DNA of 64,000 bases, taken from contig OX597814.1 of NCBI GenBank assembly GCA_951406725.2, positions 165,106,001 through 165,170,000 on the forward strand, in the 5' to 3' direction. Shown here piece after piece: positions 49,637 to 64,000 of this stretch. Source of the stretch: Octopus vulgaris. Taxonomy: Eukaryota. The position numbers and the translations under genes were made by a program. Under the pieces are notes generated by a model that saw only the letters and a program-made list of their open reading frames with translations, did no database searches and was not told the origin of the DNA. Position 1 is the stretch's first letter, and each line of letters opens with the position of its first letter.

Positions 49637-49999
49637 GGGCGCCGACGTGACTGAGAGGTTTAAATGTTTTCTTCGTAACCACGAGACTTGAGGTTCCATC
49701 CTATTTCAACCTACACTGAATCTACTTGGAAGTTCCACAAAAACGCACAGACAAAAAGAAACACACACACACATACACACAGACACACACACACACATAC
49801 ACACACACACACATACATATGCATATTGTTTAATGTACATTGTAAACAAAGTTTCATACATTGGAGTTGTATTTCTTGGCAGGTTTTAATAACACACCTC
49901 TCACCGGATGGAGTATTCCATTTTGTTAATCTTACCTTAACCGGAAAGTAAACTATATATATTTGCGTGTACGTGCGTGCGTGTGTGTGTGTGTGTATG

Positions 50000-50050
<51 letters not shown>

Positions 50051-50393
50051 TCTGTGTGTTAAAGCGTACTAAGCAGCGTTGAATGATTCGTATAGTTTTG
50101 TATATATATATATGTATGTATCGTGTTCTCATGTTCGTATACATTCGGGCATGGAAAGCCGATACGCTGCACACGTCGTCTCGAGAAAAGAAATCGCCCT
50201 TATAGACAACGTAGCTTGCTATAGATAGCTGATGAAGCCTACCCATGCAGAGATGGGTGCGTCCTGCATTCCAGTGATGTCATTCATGGCTTAGTGGTGT
50301 GCCCTCGCCCATATTGTCAATAGGAATTTCTTTTGTCGAGGCAACCTGTACACCAGGTTATATTTCCATCTATATATATGGCAGCACATAGCC

Positions 50394-50483
<90 letters not shown>

Positions 50484-50486
50484 ATA

Positions 50487-50793
50487 TGTGGAGGCGCAAT
50501 GGCCTAGTGGTTAGGGCAGCGGACTCGCGGTCGCAGGATCGCGGTTTCGATTCCCAGACCGGGCGTTGTGTGTGTTTATTGAGCGAAAACACTGAAAAGC
50601 TCCACGAGGCTCCGGCAGGGGGTGGTGATCCCTGCGGTACTCTTTCACCACTCTTTCTCCCACTCTTTCTTCTGTTGGCCTGCTCGCTTAGCCAGCGGGG
50701 TGGCGTCATTCGAAGGCTAAAACAATGCGAACGCATTGTGACCAGCGATGTGTAACAACATCTGATGGTCTGGTCGATCACGTGATCACGTGA

Positions 50794-50795
<2 letters not shown>
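50487..50795 (+). mobile_element. tRNA-derived SINE with family C head and an alternative 3' half
   Basis: Same first ~170 bp as the copy at 10029, then a different body ending (GATCACGT)n. The same tail occurs at about 6220(-) and 54343(-). Confidence 0.88.
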
Positions 50796-50834
<39 letters not shown>

Positions 50835-51440
50835 GTGGTATATATAGGTAGTGGTACAACAAGGCACTAATGTTTACTGGAAATAGCAGGCGATAATTTT
50901 ACGACGCTATAGTAAAGCTTCACTGTATATATTCTGGCAAAGATGTGTGCGGGCAGCGAACAAAAAAGATTGCATTTTATCTCTAGGAAGAACATTAGAT
51001 AAATGGACAACCCAGAATCGGATAATCTAGTACCTAGGTTTCGGACTCCACAAATACGCTTGTTATCGTAAACTTGATTAGTCATCTTCAGCTAGATTTA
51101 CCTTTACATATTTCACAGGCAGAACTACCATGAAGCTATATGGAAAATGGCTTTATGTTTTGAGTACGCGTTATTAAAAAGGCCCAATACGGCCGAAAAG
51201 TAACTTGGGTTCTCGCAACTTGCCTTAGGGACGATTTTTCCTCTCCCTCAGATATATTGTGTATTCTTTAACACAGCACATCAATACGAAAACCGTAGTA
51301 CGTTGCCTGTCAATTGTGTTTGTACGCTAAGTATGATACATACATATCTATTTTGATTTAACATTATGTACACCGAATGCACATACATACATACATATAT
51401 GCATATATACATGCATGCATGCATGCATACATACATACAC

Positions 51441-51471
<31 letters not shown>

Positions 51472-51782
51472 TACATATATACATACATGCAGATACACGC
51501 ATGTTTGTGTGTGTATTTAGCATTACAATGAAACAAATAGAGTACATCATCTGTAGCATTTATATATAGCTTTTTTTCTTTTTCCATTATCTGCAATAAT
51601 AATGTACATGAAGTTTCGTACTGGCACCAACCGCTAAACCTTTCGAATTACCGTAGATTATTGGTTAATAAAATCCATTCAAACATTCGCATTCTCTCTA
51701 TCTTACTTTCTTCCTCCCTCCCTCCCTCTCTCTCTGCCTCTCTCTATTTCTCCCTTTCATACGCACATGGTCAGATAGATAG

Positions 51783-53256
<1,474 letters not shown>

Positions 53257-53265
53257 GGTCACATA

Positions 53266-53482
53266 TTCTCTTTTACTCTTCTACTTGTTTCAGTCGTTTG
53301 ACTGTGGCCATGCTGGAGCGCCGCCTTTAGTCGAACAAATCAACCCCAAGACTTTTTCTTTGTAAGCCTAGTACTATCGGTCTCTTTTGCCGAGCCGCTA
53401 AGTTACCGGGACGTAAACACACCAGCATCAGTTGTCAAGCGATGTTGGGGGGACAAACAGACATACAAACATATACACACAC

Positions 53483-53538
<56 letters not shown>

Positions 53539-53697
53539 TACGGGCTTCTTTCAGTTTCCGTCTACCAAATCCACTCACAAGGCTTTGGTCGGCCCGAGGC
53601 TATAGTAGAAGACACTTGCCCAAGGTGCCACGCAGTGGGTCTGAACCCGGAACCGTGTGGTTCGTAATCAAGCTACTTACCACACAGCTACTCCTAT
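53266..53697 (-). mobile_element. SINE family A, full length
   Basis: Tail, body with expanded (TA)n, and head. Confidence 0.9.
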
Positions 53698-54229
53698 ACT
53701 TTTCTACTCTAGGCACAAGGCCCCACATAGATGTAATATAGTGAGCTGAAAAACTTTAGTCAACTGACTTTATCCAAATAATTAGCAAACAAATTTTTCC
53801 TTCTATATTGAGTGCCATATCTCAAAATATCAAACAAGAAACTCAGTTGATCGATATTTTTTTGCATCTTGCCGACAGCGCAGATTGATATGGATCTGAT
53901 GATAAAACAAACTGGTAAAAATAATGGCAAGATCTTCTATTAGAATTTAGTAGCAAAATATGTACGAATGTATTTTCTTTTGTAGAATTCTATCAAAGGA
54001 ATATACGATTAGCTAAGAACAATATCAAATTCTATGATGGTACATAGTTTACGTGACTTAAAAACAAGCAAGGGAAACAAGTCCGATAAGATCAGCTAAC
54101 TGTTTGTCTGTGTCTCTTCCCACCCCCTCTCTCTTTTCTTCCTTCCCTCTCTCCCCATCTTTCTTCTTTCTCTTCTCTTTCTCTCTCTCTCTCCCCTCTC
54201 TCTCAGTATGCAAATAGGTAGATTAATAT

Positions 54230-54262
<33 letters not shown>

Positions 54263-54294
54263 GTTCATTAAACATCGATATTCATACACATGTG

Positions 54295-54342
<48 letters not shown>

Positions 54343-54433
54343 TCACGTGATCACCGCTTTTAGTCTTCGAATGACGCAACCCCGCTAGTATATGTATATA
54401 TATTTAAAAAAAATATATATATATAGATATATA

Positions 54434-54820
54434 TCTCTCTATATATAAACGGCAGTTTGTCTGTGCGTGTTTCTGTGTGTCTGTTTTCTCGTACCCTCAC
54501 CCTGACCACGGCTTTCAACCGATTCTGATGAAACTTGACACACACATAGCCCAATGTCATAATTCAAAACTAACGCAGCGAAAATTTTGAAAAGTTAACC
54601 CCAGTTCTGAAAAAAATCGATAAATTCGACATGGGGTCGAGAATCAAAAAAAACAAACCACAGACTGTCTAGGGGACGCAACTCAACCTTTTTTTACTCT
54701 CAAAAAAAAATTTACCATAATTTTTTTCCATTTTTTTGCTATTTTTTGGCTATAACTCTCTAAAAATGCTTTATAGTTATTTCCCTTACAAACCTGAGCA
54801 ACGCCGGGCGATACTGCTAG
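54434..54820 (+). mobile_element. Non-autonomous Helitron
   Basis: A|TC start, hairpin CCTGAGCAACGCCGGG, CTAG|T end. The last ~110 bp are shared with the copies at 25191 and 25698. Confidence 0.88.
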
Positions 54821-54987
54821 TATATAAATAAACATATGTATCTATATATATGTGTATGTATATAGATACATACATACATACACATATACATACATGCATA
54901 CATACATGCATACATACATGCATACATACATACATACATACATACATACATACATACATACATACATACATACATACATACATACAT

Positions 54988-55420
54988 GTTTGTCTGTCCT
55001 TATTTGTTCTCTCTGTGTTTAGCCCCTTGTGGGTAGTAAAGAAATAAGTATTTCGTCTGTCGCTACGTTCTGAGTTCAAATTCCGCCGAGGTCGACTTTA
55101 CCTTTCATCCTTTCGGGGTCGATTAAATTAGTACCAGTTACACACTAGAGTCGATATAATCGACTTAATCCGTTTGTCGGTCCTTATTTGTTCTCTCTGT
55201 ATTTAGCCCCTTGTGGGTAGTAAAGAAATAAGTATTTCGTCTGCCGTTACATTCTGAGTTCAAATTCCGCCGAGGTCGACTTTGCCGTTCATCCTTTCGG
55301 GGTCGATTAAATTAGTACCGGTAACGCACTGGGGTTGATATAATCGACTTAATCCGTTTGTCGGTCCTTGTTTGTTCTCTCTGTGTTTAGCCCCTTGTGG
55401 GTAGTAAAGAAATAAGTATT
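54988..55420 (+). repeat. Tandem array (184-bp period, ~2.3 units) of the headless SINE family B body
   Basis: GTAGTAAAGAAATAAG recurs at 55033, 55217 and 55401. Confidence 0.92.
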
Positions 55421-55479
55421 ATATAATTATTATAGCTGGGATTGTTATTCTCATTGCTGCTCTTGTTAATATTGTTCTA

Positions 55480-55867
55480 GTGGAAGCGCAATGGCCCAGT
55501 AGTTAGGGCAGCGGACTCGCGGTCATAGGATCGCGGCTTCGATTCCCAGACCGGACATTGTGAGTGTTTATTGAGCGAAAACACCTAAAAGCTCCACGAG
55601 GCTCCCGCAGGGATGGTGGTGATCCCTGCTGTACTCTTTCACCACAACTTTCTCTCACTCTTACTTCCTGTTTCCGTTGTACCTGTATTTCAAAGGGCCG
55701 GCCTTGTCACTCTCTGTGTCACGCTGAATATCCCCGAGAACTACGTTAAGGGTACACGTGTCTGTGGAGTGCTCAGCCACTCACACGTTAATTTCACGAG
55801 CAGGCTGTTCCGTTGATTCGGATCAACCGGAACCCTCGTCGTCGTAACCGACAGAGTGCTTCCATCC
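55480..55867 (+). mobile_element. SINE family C with 11-bp TSD
   Basis: AATATTGTTCT at 55468 and 55868; homologous to the copy at 10029. Confidence 0.9.
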
Positions 55868-56149
55868 AATATTGTTCTGCTGAAGGTCAAACCTAATTGT
55901 GCAGAGTTGGGATTAAGCGTTTGTCTTGTCTTCATCATCTCGTTGGTTTTTTTGAAGAAATTTAGCTACTATTTCTATTAGTTCTAGCGACTACTTAAAA
56001 GACTCTCTCTCTCTTTCTTTTTCCCTCTCTCTCTCCCTCTCTCTCACTCACTCACTCACTCACTCTCTCTCCCTCTTTCCCCTCCCCCTTAGTCTATTAA
56101 AGAACAGTAATTAATTAGTCTTATTGTAATTCGAGCTGTAGTTGCGTTA

Positions 56150-56187
56150 TGCTGTTGATGTTTGTTTCGCTGTTATTGTTATTTTAT

Positions 56188-56245
<58 letters not shown>

Positions 56246-56520
56246 CTTCTTCTTCTTCTTCTTCTTCTTCTTCTTGCTGCTATTATTGTTGTAGTTGTTA
56301 TTAATGATGACGACGATGATGACGATGATGATGGCAGTCGTTGTGGCAGTTGTGGTGGCGGTCGCGGTGGCGGTCGTGGTCGCAGTGGTGGTGGTGGTGG
56401 CGGTCGTGGAGATGATGATGATGATGATGATTATGAAGATGATGACGACGACGATGATCATGATCATCATGATCATGATGATCATCATGATCATCATGAT
56501 AATATTGCTGTTGTTGATAA
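56150..56520. repeat. Compound trinucleotide repeat (GTT/CTT/GAT/GGT/GATCAT)
   Basis: Directly visible. Confidence 0.95.
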
Positions 56521-58149
56521 ATATGCTGTTGTTTCTACATTTGTCATGCATTAGACAACAAGTAGTATCGTATATCAGATGTATGTTGGGGAATTTGACC
56601 GAGTGACGGCAGAGGAGAGAAAGATCGTTTGCAGATGTTAGGTTTGTGTTACGTTCAGACTATCATATGATTAGATGCACGACTGCCTGATCTTCAATTT
56701 TCATAACTCTTAATTCTCGCTATATTCTTTTATCACTCTACTAACTCAATACCCGTCAAACATAACGGAGTATATTTCTGTCTCATTTTTGTAATTCATA
56801 ATTTTACTACTTGAGGCCCTGCTCAAGTTTTGTACATATGTTCCATTTCGTCTTCATTCAGTTATTCTTTTCGTCTTAATTCTGCCTTACTACAGTTACT
56901 CCTACTTGGGTTTTTTTTTTGTTTTGTTTTTGTCATTTGGCAGTACTACCCTCTAATTGACATCGAGCATTGATTTCTTCGATAACGTGCACCCATCTCA
57001 CTCTCTCTCTCTCTCTTTCTTCCTTCGTGATACTTCATTTTCTCTCATCCATTGCTCACCACAAATGTTCTTACTCCTTTCGTACTATTTCTTTTGCCTA
57101 TTTAGTAACACTGCTATTCTCATTTTTTCTCTCTCTACTCGCGCTATTCCTTCCTCTCTTAGTCTTTCGTTTGTTTCACTGTCTGCTCCCTTGACTGCTT
57201 TTCTTACCATATTTCTTTTCACTAGCTACTGGGTCCTTGCCAATCTGTCAATTTGCCACCTGTCTATTTATTTATGCCATCCACCACTCTTTTGTAATAC
57301 ACTCTTACTATCTACCTCCACCTCTCTCTCTCTCTCATTCTCTCTCTTTTTCTGTCTCTCTTATGCGTGCTCGCTTAGCAGAAACACTAGTTTCTCTTTT
57401 CTTGTTCCTATACATGGAAGACAGATGAAAATCAGCAAAAAGAACATGCGATTTGACATTTCATAATACTAATTTTATTTATATTTGGTAGAGATATCAG
57501 ACTGTAAATTTGAAGACGTTTACTAAGTGGCTAAAAAGCCTTAATTTGCCTAATAATTTTTCAGTCAGACTAATAACATATTTACAAATAGAACCGTAGA
57601 TTTATTAGCCATAACCCACATTGTATTGCTACTCAAATAATTGTTGTCCGACAGAAAACATAGTGTTGTTATGTATATTAGCTTAAATCTAAGCGTATAA
57701 CAGTTTCATTTTAATAAATAACTTTCAGTTATGTTCAGTAATTTGGTGGGTGAGGAGATAATCGTAAATCTTGATGAATTGTTGAATAAGCGCTCGGTTT
57801 GATCCACAGCCTATGTTCTAGAAAATGACCGTTGTAAGCCTAATTTAAGAGCGAAACTAAACACACGTGTGTTTGAACCAGTATATGTTTACGTAATGAC
57901 GAAACGAATAGGAAGAGTCTATAGTGGTTGAAGATGTCAGAGATGTTTGACGAAAGCTTTCTGGACAATGGACATGAGTTAAAATAATAATATAAGAACA
58001 GTAATAAACGAGTAAAGAAACAAATATATAGTGCGTGTGTTTATTTGGCAAAAAAAGAGAAAAATTACTGTCTTGAAATACAACAATATCTGTTTAAACA
58101 CAAGATTTTACATTAGGAACCTTGCAAAACGAATTGATATAAAATGAAC

Positions 58150-58440
58150 TCTCCCGTCGTTAGACGACGTTCGAGGGTTCGACAATTTCTTACTGAAGAA
58201 CCACACATGATTTGTTTATAGTAATCAAATGTTTGTGTAGACATAAGCTCACTCCCTCCATCAAATCGACATTACCTGTACAGGTGCAACTGGATTCCAC
58301 ATGTCAGATCTCAAAATGATCGCAGAGCAACGTGAAATGAAGCAATTTGTTCAAGAACACAACGCAACGCTCGGTCTGGGAATCGAAAGCACACTTTCGC
58401 AATCGTGAGTGCAACACCCTAACCACTAAGCCATGCACCT
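58150..58440 (-). mobile_element. Diverged tRNA-derived SINE (family C/D-type head)
   Basis: Minus strand AGGTGCATGGCTTAGTGGTTAGGG...TTCGATTCCC...TTCTTGAACAAA..TTCATTTCACGTTGCTC. Confidence 0.7.
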
Positions 58441-58736
58441 ATGTATACATATAGTTGAAATTAATAGAAAATTTCAACATGTATGTATATATATGTGTGT
58501 GTGTGTGTGCGTGTGTGTGTGTGTGTGTGTATACATATATACATATTATGTATGTATGTATGTATATACGTATGTATCTATGTTTGTATGCATATATACA
58601 TATATATTTATGTATATATATATTTATATATATATAAATATATGTATATATAGATAGATACATACATACATATCTACATATATGTATTCATTTGTCTTCT
58701 CTTCATATCTATAATTTTATCTATGAATGTGGTGCG

Positions 58737-58789
<53 letters not shown>

Positions 58790-58927
58790 ATAGGTGTGTC
58801 TGTATATCAGGCTATCTGTTTATTGATTTATCCGTTGTTGTTTAATCCGGGTCTGTCCCGCTAGAGCAGATTGAAAATGAAAGTCATTCCGCCCATACCC
58901 ATTCCATTCTTTTAGATTTATACTCAC

Positions 58928-59098
58928 GGTTAAATTACCCAATGCCTCTTTAACCCACTCCTCCAAGTGATTATGTGCTCGGTTTGAATGAAAGTTGGTT
59001 CGGATTTCTAGTAGCTCGTATTTCCAGTAGATCATGCAGAAACTCATTTATGTTAATCATTGCTATTTCGTGCCAGTGTATCGCATTGTCTTCCCACC
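58928..59098 (-). other. Candidate exon (171 bp)
   Basis: Acceptor CATTCTATTTCAG| and donor |GTGAGT. An ATG at 59047 opens a frame running to the donor in phase 0. Confidence 0.3.
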
Positions 59099-62000
59099 CT
59101 GAAATAGAATGCATCCTCATTATCGACTTACAGTTCTTTTCTCAACTTGATACTAAATAAGATATCTCCCATTCCGTGTATTAAAATGACATTTACCTTC
59201 TTGTGTTTTTTCTTTTCTTTTTTTTTCATTTTAAGGACTATATGATACTGTTATTGCAGCATATCCAATTTTCATCGTTGACACTCGGGTAAGATGACTA
59301 CAAGCAAGACGTTCTCCGGTATAACATGCGATAACTAACCGTTTACCATCATTAAAGAATGTGTCCTCTAATAACGCATGTCTATAAGATTTTCTTTACT
59401 ATTTTACATCTACTTTTTTTAATGGCATGATATGTTGGTTGTGCAAACTTGAATATGTTTGTTTCACATGTTGGAGGTGAATTCTTATTTCATTACAAAC
59501 CTTACAATAATGTAAACAGAAATGTTTTTGGAGGTGGGTGAGAGGTTCTCGGTAAGGGTACAGACCTGATGAAAGGTAGACACAACTCTCTAAGTATGAT
59601 CAGAAATACTTCGATACAATTTCCTGAATATCTTTGAAACTTTATAGCATCCTGTTTTCACCATCGATACTGGATCATAAACCATTACTACATACTTGTT
59701 TCAGTAGTTTTGTTAATTTCATGCATTTTTTATTGTTGTTTTTACGGGGGTGGGTTTTCAGTGTATGAGAGACTAGTACCTCTTTCACGGAATTACTCTG
59801 TACCGTAATTTATATTACCGGATCTGGTACTATATTCTATGCCTATGTAAACCGAGGCAATACAGAAATAATTCGACCTGCCATGATACGAGTACACATC
59901 AAAATGGGTAAAAGGGATAAGAATTTTCGGTCTATGAGTTAGTAATTTATTACCAGGGTCTAATATAACTTGCTTTTAAAAGATTCAAAATTATTAAATC
60001 AGCTATTAACAAACATGAATTTCAGCCTTCTCGACAACTGAAATATCCAGTATATTGTTGTACAATTATATTCAGTGGTTTTCAAATAAATACAAAGAAG
60101 TTTTTCATTCCTAATTTTGGCACAAGGCTACAAACTTAATGAGGGAAAATATATTGTTTACATTGACCTCAGTACTTAATTGGTAATTATTTTATCGATC
60201 TGGAAGGATTAAAAGCAATGCTGGCGAGATTTGAACTCAGAATATTAAGAGATTTAAGTAAATATTGTAAAGTACTTTGTCTCTTCTTCAAAATAAAAAT
60301 AAATGAAACCTCTTCGAGCATTAAAGAAGAGTGATACTATCTTCTATTGTAAACGAACATGGATCGGATTTAGTTCTGCAAGTAGAGTGGCGTTTATGAG
60401 CATTGATTTGCTGAGAGAATCAGATAACGAGCCAAGTGTTCGAGGCAGTATCCATTACCAAAGAATTTATCAACGACTATGAATTTATTACTAAGAGAAA
60501 TAACGTACCGATTGAAGCTGTAACATGCCCTGTATGGTTGAGGAGTATTTCGTTGTGCTTTCGCAATATCGTCTAACTCTGAGCTTATAATTACTCGTAG
60601 GTATGAGACATCGTCATAAAGTCATAAACTTGTAAACCATAGAACTGCAAAATTTCTCGACTAGTGTACACCATGGCTGAGGTTTCATGGAAAGTGCATC
60701 TGACAGAGTCGGTGTCAAAAATTGGAGAATAATGTTAAACCAGTCTTTAAAATAACCGCTGATATAAGGAGGTACATGCAGAGTAAGGTAAATATTTCAT
60801 ATATGTTGCTGAAACCTTACGCGAGCGAAATAATTTGCAGTTGTACTCAAAGTGGAGGAAAGTGCTAGTGAGAACCAACCTTGAAAATACTTCAAAAGAG
60901 AGAAAAATGGAAAATGAAAAAAAAGCAATTCAAACAGGTGACAAAAGAAACTGTCGAAATGCAAAAGATAGCTGAATATAACAAAAAAAAAAAGTTCATG
61001 AGCTCAACAATGATATCCAACTTCCGATCGTTGGAGAAAAACTGGCTCTTTATTTTAGAGTTACAACGCCGCTCAGCATTCATTTTTTCCGGTGTTATAA
61101 AGACAAACTTCGTTTAGTGATCATGAATTCCTAGTCTTTGAGCAGTGTTTGTGTGGTAAAAGAATTACTTTAGGTCATTTTCGGTTGCATCTTCTTATAT
61201 ACTATGATATACTGCGAACCAAGCTGTTATTTTTCGCCGGCCATTAGTGGAAACCGAGTAAAAAGCAAAAGGGGGAATACTATTCACTACTCGATCTCTA
61301 AATGCCGCATGAAGGTTGACTGAGAGAAAGATATTCTCGCAGTCGGAAAGCGCTTTAGCCTGTTCGGATGTTGGAGAGCTGTTTAGGCCTAACCGAAAGA
61401 CGAAATTTAACAGTGCTAATCAAATTATTGGGCTGATTACCGGTTTGATTCGTTAAGACACCAAACAGAAACCATTTCTTTCACTAAATCCAGCACAAGT
61501 TCGATTCTCAGTCAAACTGTCCTACCACATGAAGTGTTAACTTTCACAATGGTGTTGATACAGATGTATATACACAGACATGTTGGTGTACATGATCGTG
61601 TCTTTATAGACACGTGTGGAGTTGAGTGCGGGAAGGGGATGTGTGGGTGGGTGTGTGTGGGTGTGGGTGTGGGTGTGTGTGTGTGTGTGTGTGTGTGAGT
61701 GTGTGTGTGTGTGTGTGTGCGTGCGTGTGTGAGTGTGTGCGTACGGGTGTGTCAAAAGTTTCTGAAAGGAATTTTATCAGGCAATTCAAAATATCTTACG
61801 GATCTCCTTCCTTTTAACGAATGTTAGCCTTCAATATATGCAAACATTTTTTGAAAGGCAAGAAGTTGTCAAGCGATGGCAGGGGACAATCTCAAACAAA
61901 ATTACACACGCACGCACAAACAAGCGCACGCATACGTTCACACATACACACGTAGACATACAAGGTTTTTCGGGCTAAATTTGACAGTTTGCATAAACGG

Positions 62001-62543
62001 AAAAAAAAATACAATGTTCCATCTAAAAATAAATGTATTGTAAAAAATCAAAATATGTCAAGAAGACTAAGGCTGGTAGATATTCAGTCACAGTACTTTG
62101 GTCGACTCTGGGCTGTAGCAGAATACATTTGCACTAGGTGCGCAGAGGGACTGAACCTGACACCAAAAACGAGGTTTTTAAACACGCAGTCATTCCTTCA
62201 CCCAATATATTCATATTGTTGAAATAATTTAGTTTGTAAATGTCAGTCACGCTTTGACTTGCATATGCAAGTCATATCGCCATCAATTATATACATTTGT
62301 GAGTGTTAGCGAACGTTTGTACGACGGGAAAGGTGGGTTCTTACAAATCAAATTACTTTCTGTATTGTTGCAGTAATGATTTAGTTTTGTTTGCTTCAGT
62401 TGTGTCGAACGAGGGCATTACAAAAACATGGCTGGTTATGATGTGGCGTTTTCACACAAAGCGCGAATGAAAAAAAATAGTATACTTATGTATACTTATG
62501 TAAAAAAAAGGGTAATCATAAGTATACAAATAAGTGGTGGTGG

Positions 62544-62577
<34 letters not shown>

Positions 62578-62689
62578 GATGATGATGACGATGACGACGA
62601 CCATGACGACGACGACGACGATGACGACGACGACGACGATGACGATTACAATAACAACAACAGCAAGCTGGTCATGATACATAATGAGC

Positions 62690-63335
62690 ACCACTGGAGA
62701 AGTAATGTCAAGAAGTGAAGGATGTGCAGGTTTGTAAAAATGCAAAAGGCACTAACAGTGCGATTTCGCGTTTGGGAAACGATGTTGTGCATAGTGAGAA
62801 AGGAATATTATTTTCGGAGATAAATATCGAAAAAGTTAATATAATAGTGAGAGAATTCAAGAACAGAAGGATGAACGAAAGATCAAATAATTGGAAAGAG
62901 AAAGAAGTCCGTAGCCAATTCATACAATCCGAGGCAAATAGCGCTGGTTATGACTAAGAGATTGAAACTTAAAACCAAAATCTAAATCGCTTCTGATAAC
63001 CGCTCTAAAACGAGCCGTTAAAACGAATTTAATGAAGAAAAAAATGATAAAACTCTGTCATAGAACAGATACAGAATGTATGGGAAAGAAGACGAAAGAA
63101 ACTATCTCCTGAGTGAGTGCAGCAGGGTAGCACAAACGGAGTATAAACGCAGGCATAACTGTGTCGATAAAATTTAGAGATATCAGGATCTAGCCAGAGA
63201 AATTAAGAAATTGTGGAAGACGAAGTTAACAATCCTTCTGGTTATAAGTAGAGCACTCAGCACATCCAAACTGCAGCCTATAATGCTGAAAGATATTGGG
63301 GTTAATACAAGTATTGTCGGCGTGCAGAAAAGGTA
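62690..63335 (+). mobile_element. Ancient R4/Dong-type LINE 3' relic
   Basis: WKEK, YLLSECSRVAQTEYKRRHN (compare HLISGCKVLAPVEYKLRHD) and RYQDLAREIKKLWK...VISRAL (compare KYKDLLIEIEKMW...VIVGALG). Confidence 0.7.
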
Positions 63336-63370
63336 TACGCCGAAGTCACCAAACCTCGGGATAAAATCTG

Positions 63371-63620
63371 CAGTTCTATATTTAAGAGATGAGGAATTAT
63401 GTACATTATTTACGATATTTACAATATTTACAAGTGACAAATATCCGTCAATTGTAAATAATGTAAATAATGTACATACTTCTTCATCTTTTAAATATAG
63501 AACTGTACCCTGTTGTTGTTGAAGTTCCAATGAAGGAGCCTTGGATCTTAGTCAGAAACTGGTTCTTTTACTATGGCAAGAAATTTTGATATAAAGCTGA
63601 ATAATGACATACATACATAC
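63371..63620 (+). mobile_element. Inverted repeat (63371-63505) joined to a Penelope-like terminal repeat with a decayed hammerhead
   Basis: CAGTTCTATATTTAAGAGATGAGGAA pairs with TTCTTCATCTTTTAAATATAGAACTG, then CCAATGAAGGAGCCTTGGATC...AGAAACTGGTTC as at 26600(-). Confidence 0.65.
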
Positions 63621-63667
63621 ATACTGCTTTTACTATCTAGCTAAGCAAAGGCGTTTCCTCAGTAACG

Positions 63668-63745
<78 letters not shown>

Positions 63746-63753
63746 GTGTGTGT

Positions 63754-63789
<36 letters not shown>

Positions 63790-63795
<6 letters not shown>

Positions 63796-64000
63796 AGTAG
63801 CTGTGCGGTATGTAGCTTGCTTACCGACCACATGGTTCCGAGTTCAGACCCACTGCGTGGCACCTTGGGCAAGTATCTTCTACTATAGCCTTGGGCTGAC
63901 CAGAGCCTTGTGAGAGAATTTGTTTGAGGGAAACTGAAAGAAGCCCGTCGTATATATATGTGTGTGTGTGTTTGTTCCCTACCATCGCTTGACAACCGAT
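63790..64000 (+). mobile_element. SINE family A 5' half, runs off the right edge
   Basis: GGAGTAGCTGTGCGGTA...GAGTTCAGACCC...CACCTTGGGCAAG. Confidence 0.85.

Noticed and set aside
50229-50270. CTGATGA followed by a hairpin (also 34475 on the minus strand)
   Set aside because: No correctly placed GAAA and UH cleavage site, so no hammerhead was called.
54988-55420. CRISPR-like regular array
   Set aside because: The units are full tandem copies of SINE sequence with no unique spacers, in eukaryotic DNA.
60280-61520. Non-repetitive stretch with short ORFs
   Set aside because: No recognisable motifs or consistent frame; left unannotated.

Overview
AT-rich, microsatellite-saturated metazoan DNA, most likely from an octopus (inferred from the recurrent tRNA-headed SINE families and repeat landscape). 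Most ORF-track entries are simple-repeat artefacts. The only convincing host-type coding sequence is an intronless two-Ig-domain type I membrane protein ORF (14436-15404). Its cytoplasmic tail appears frameshifted, and it lies between the two ends of a TTAA-type MITE, suggesting a retrocopy or captured gene. The rest is mobile DNA. Retroelements: a nearly intact R4/Dong-type LINE (36981-40963, one frameshift and one stop) plus relics at (TAA)n, a Tx1-like LINE fragment inside (GATA)n, RTE and CR1-group fragments inside (TA)n, and several SINE families whose 3' tails match LINE tails in the window. DNA transposons: hAT, Tc1, mariner and Chapaev-like relics and tandem non-autonomous Helitrons. 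Many Penelope-like ends carry hammerhead-ribozyme cores and sit in or beside palindromes. Clade names come from motif recognition only; no database searches were run and boundaries are approximate.
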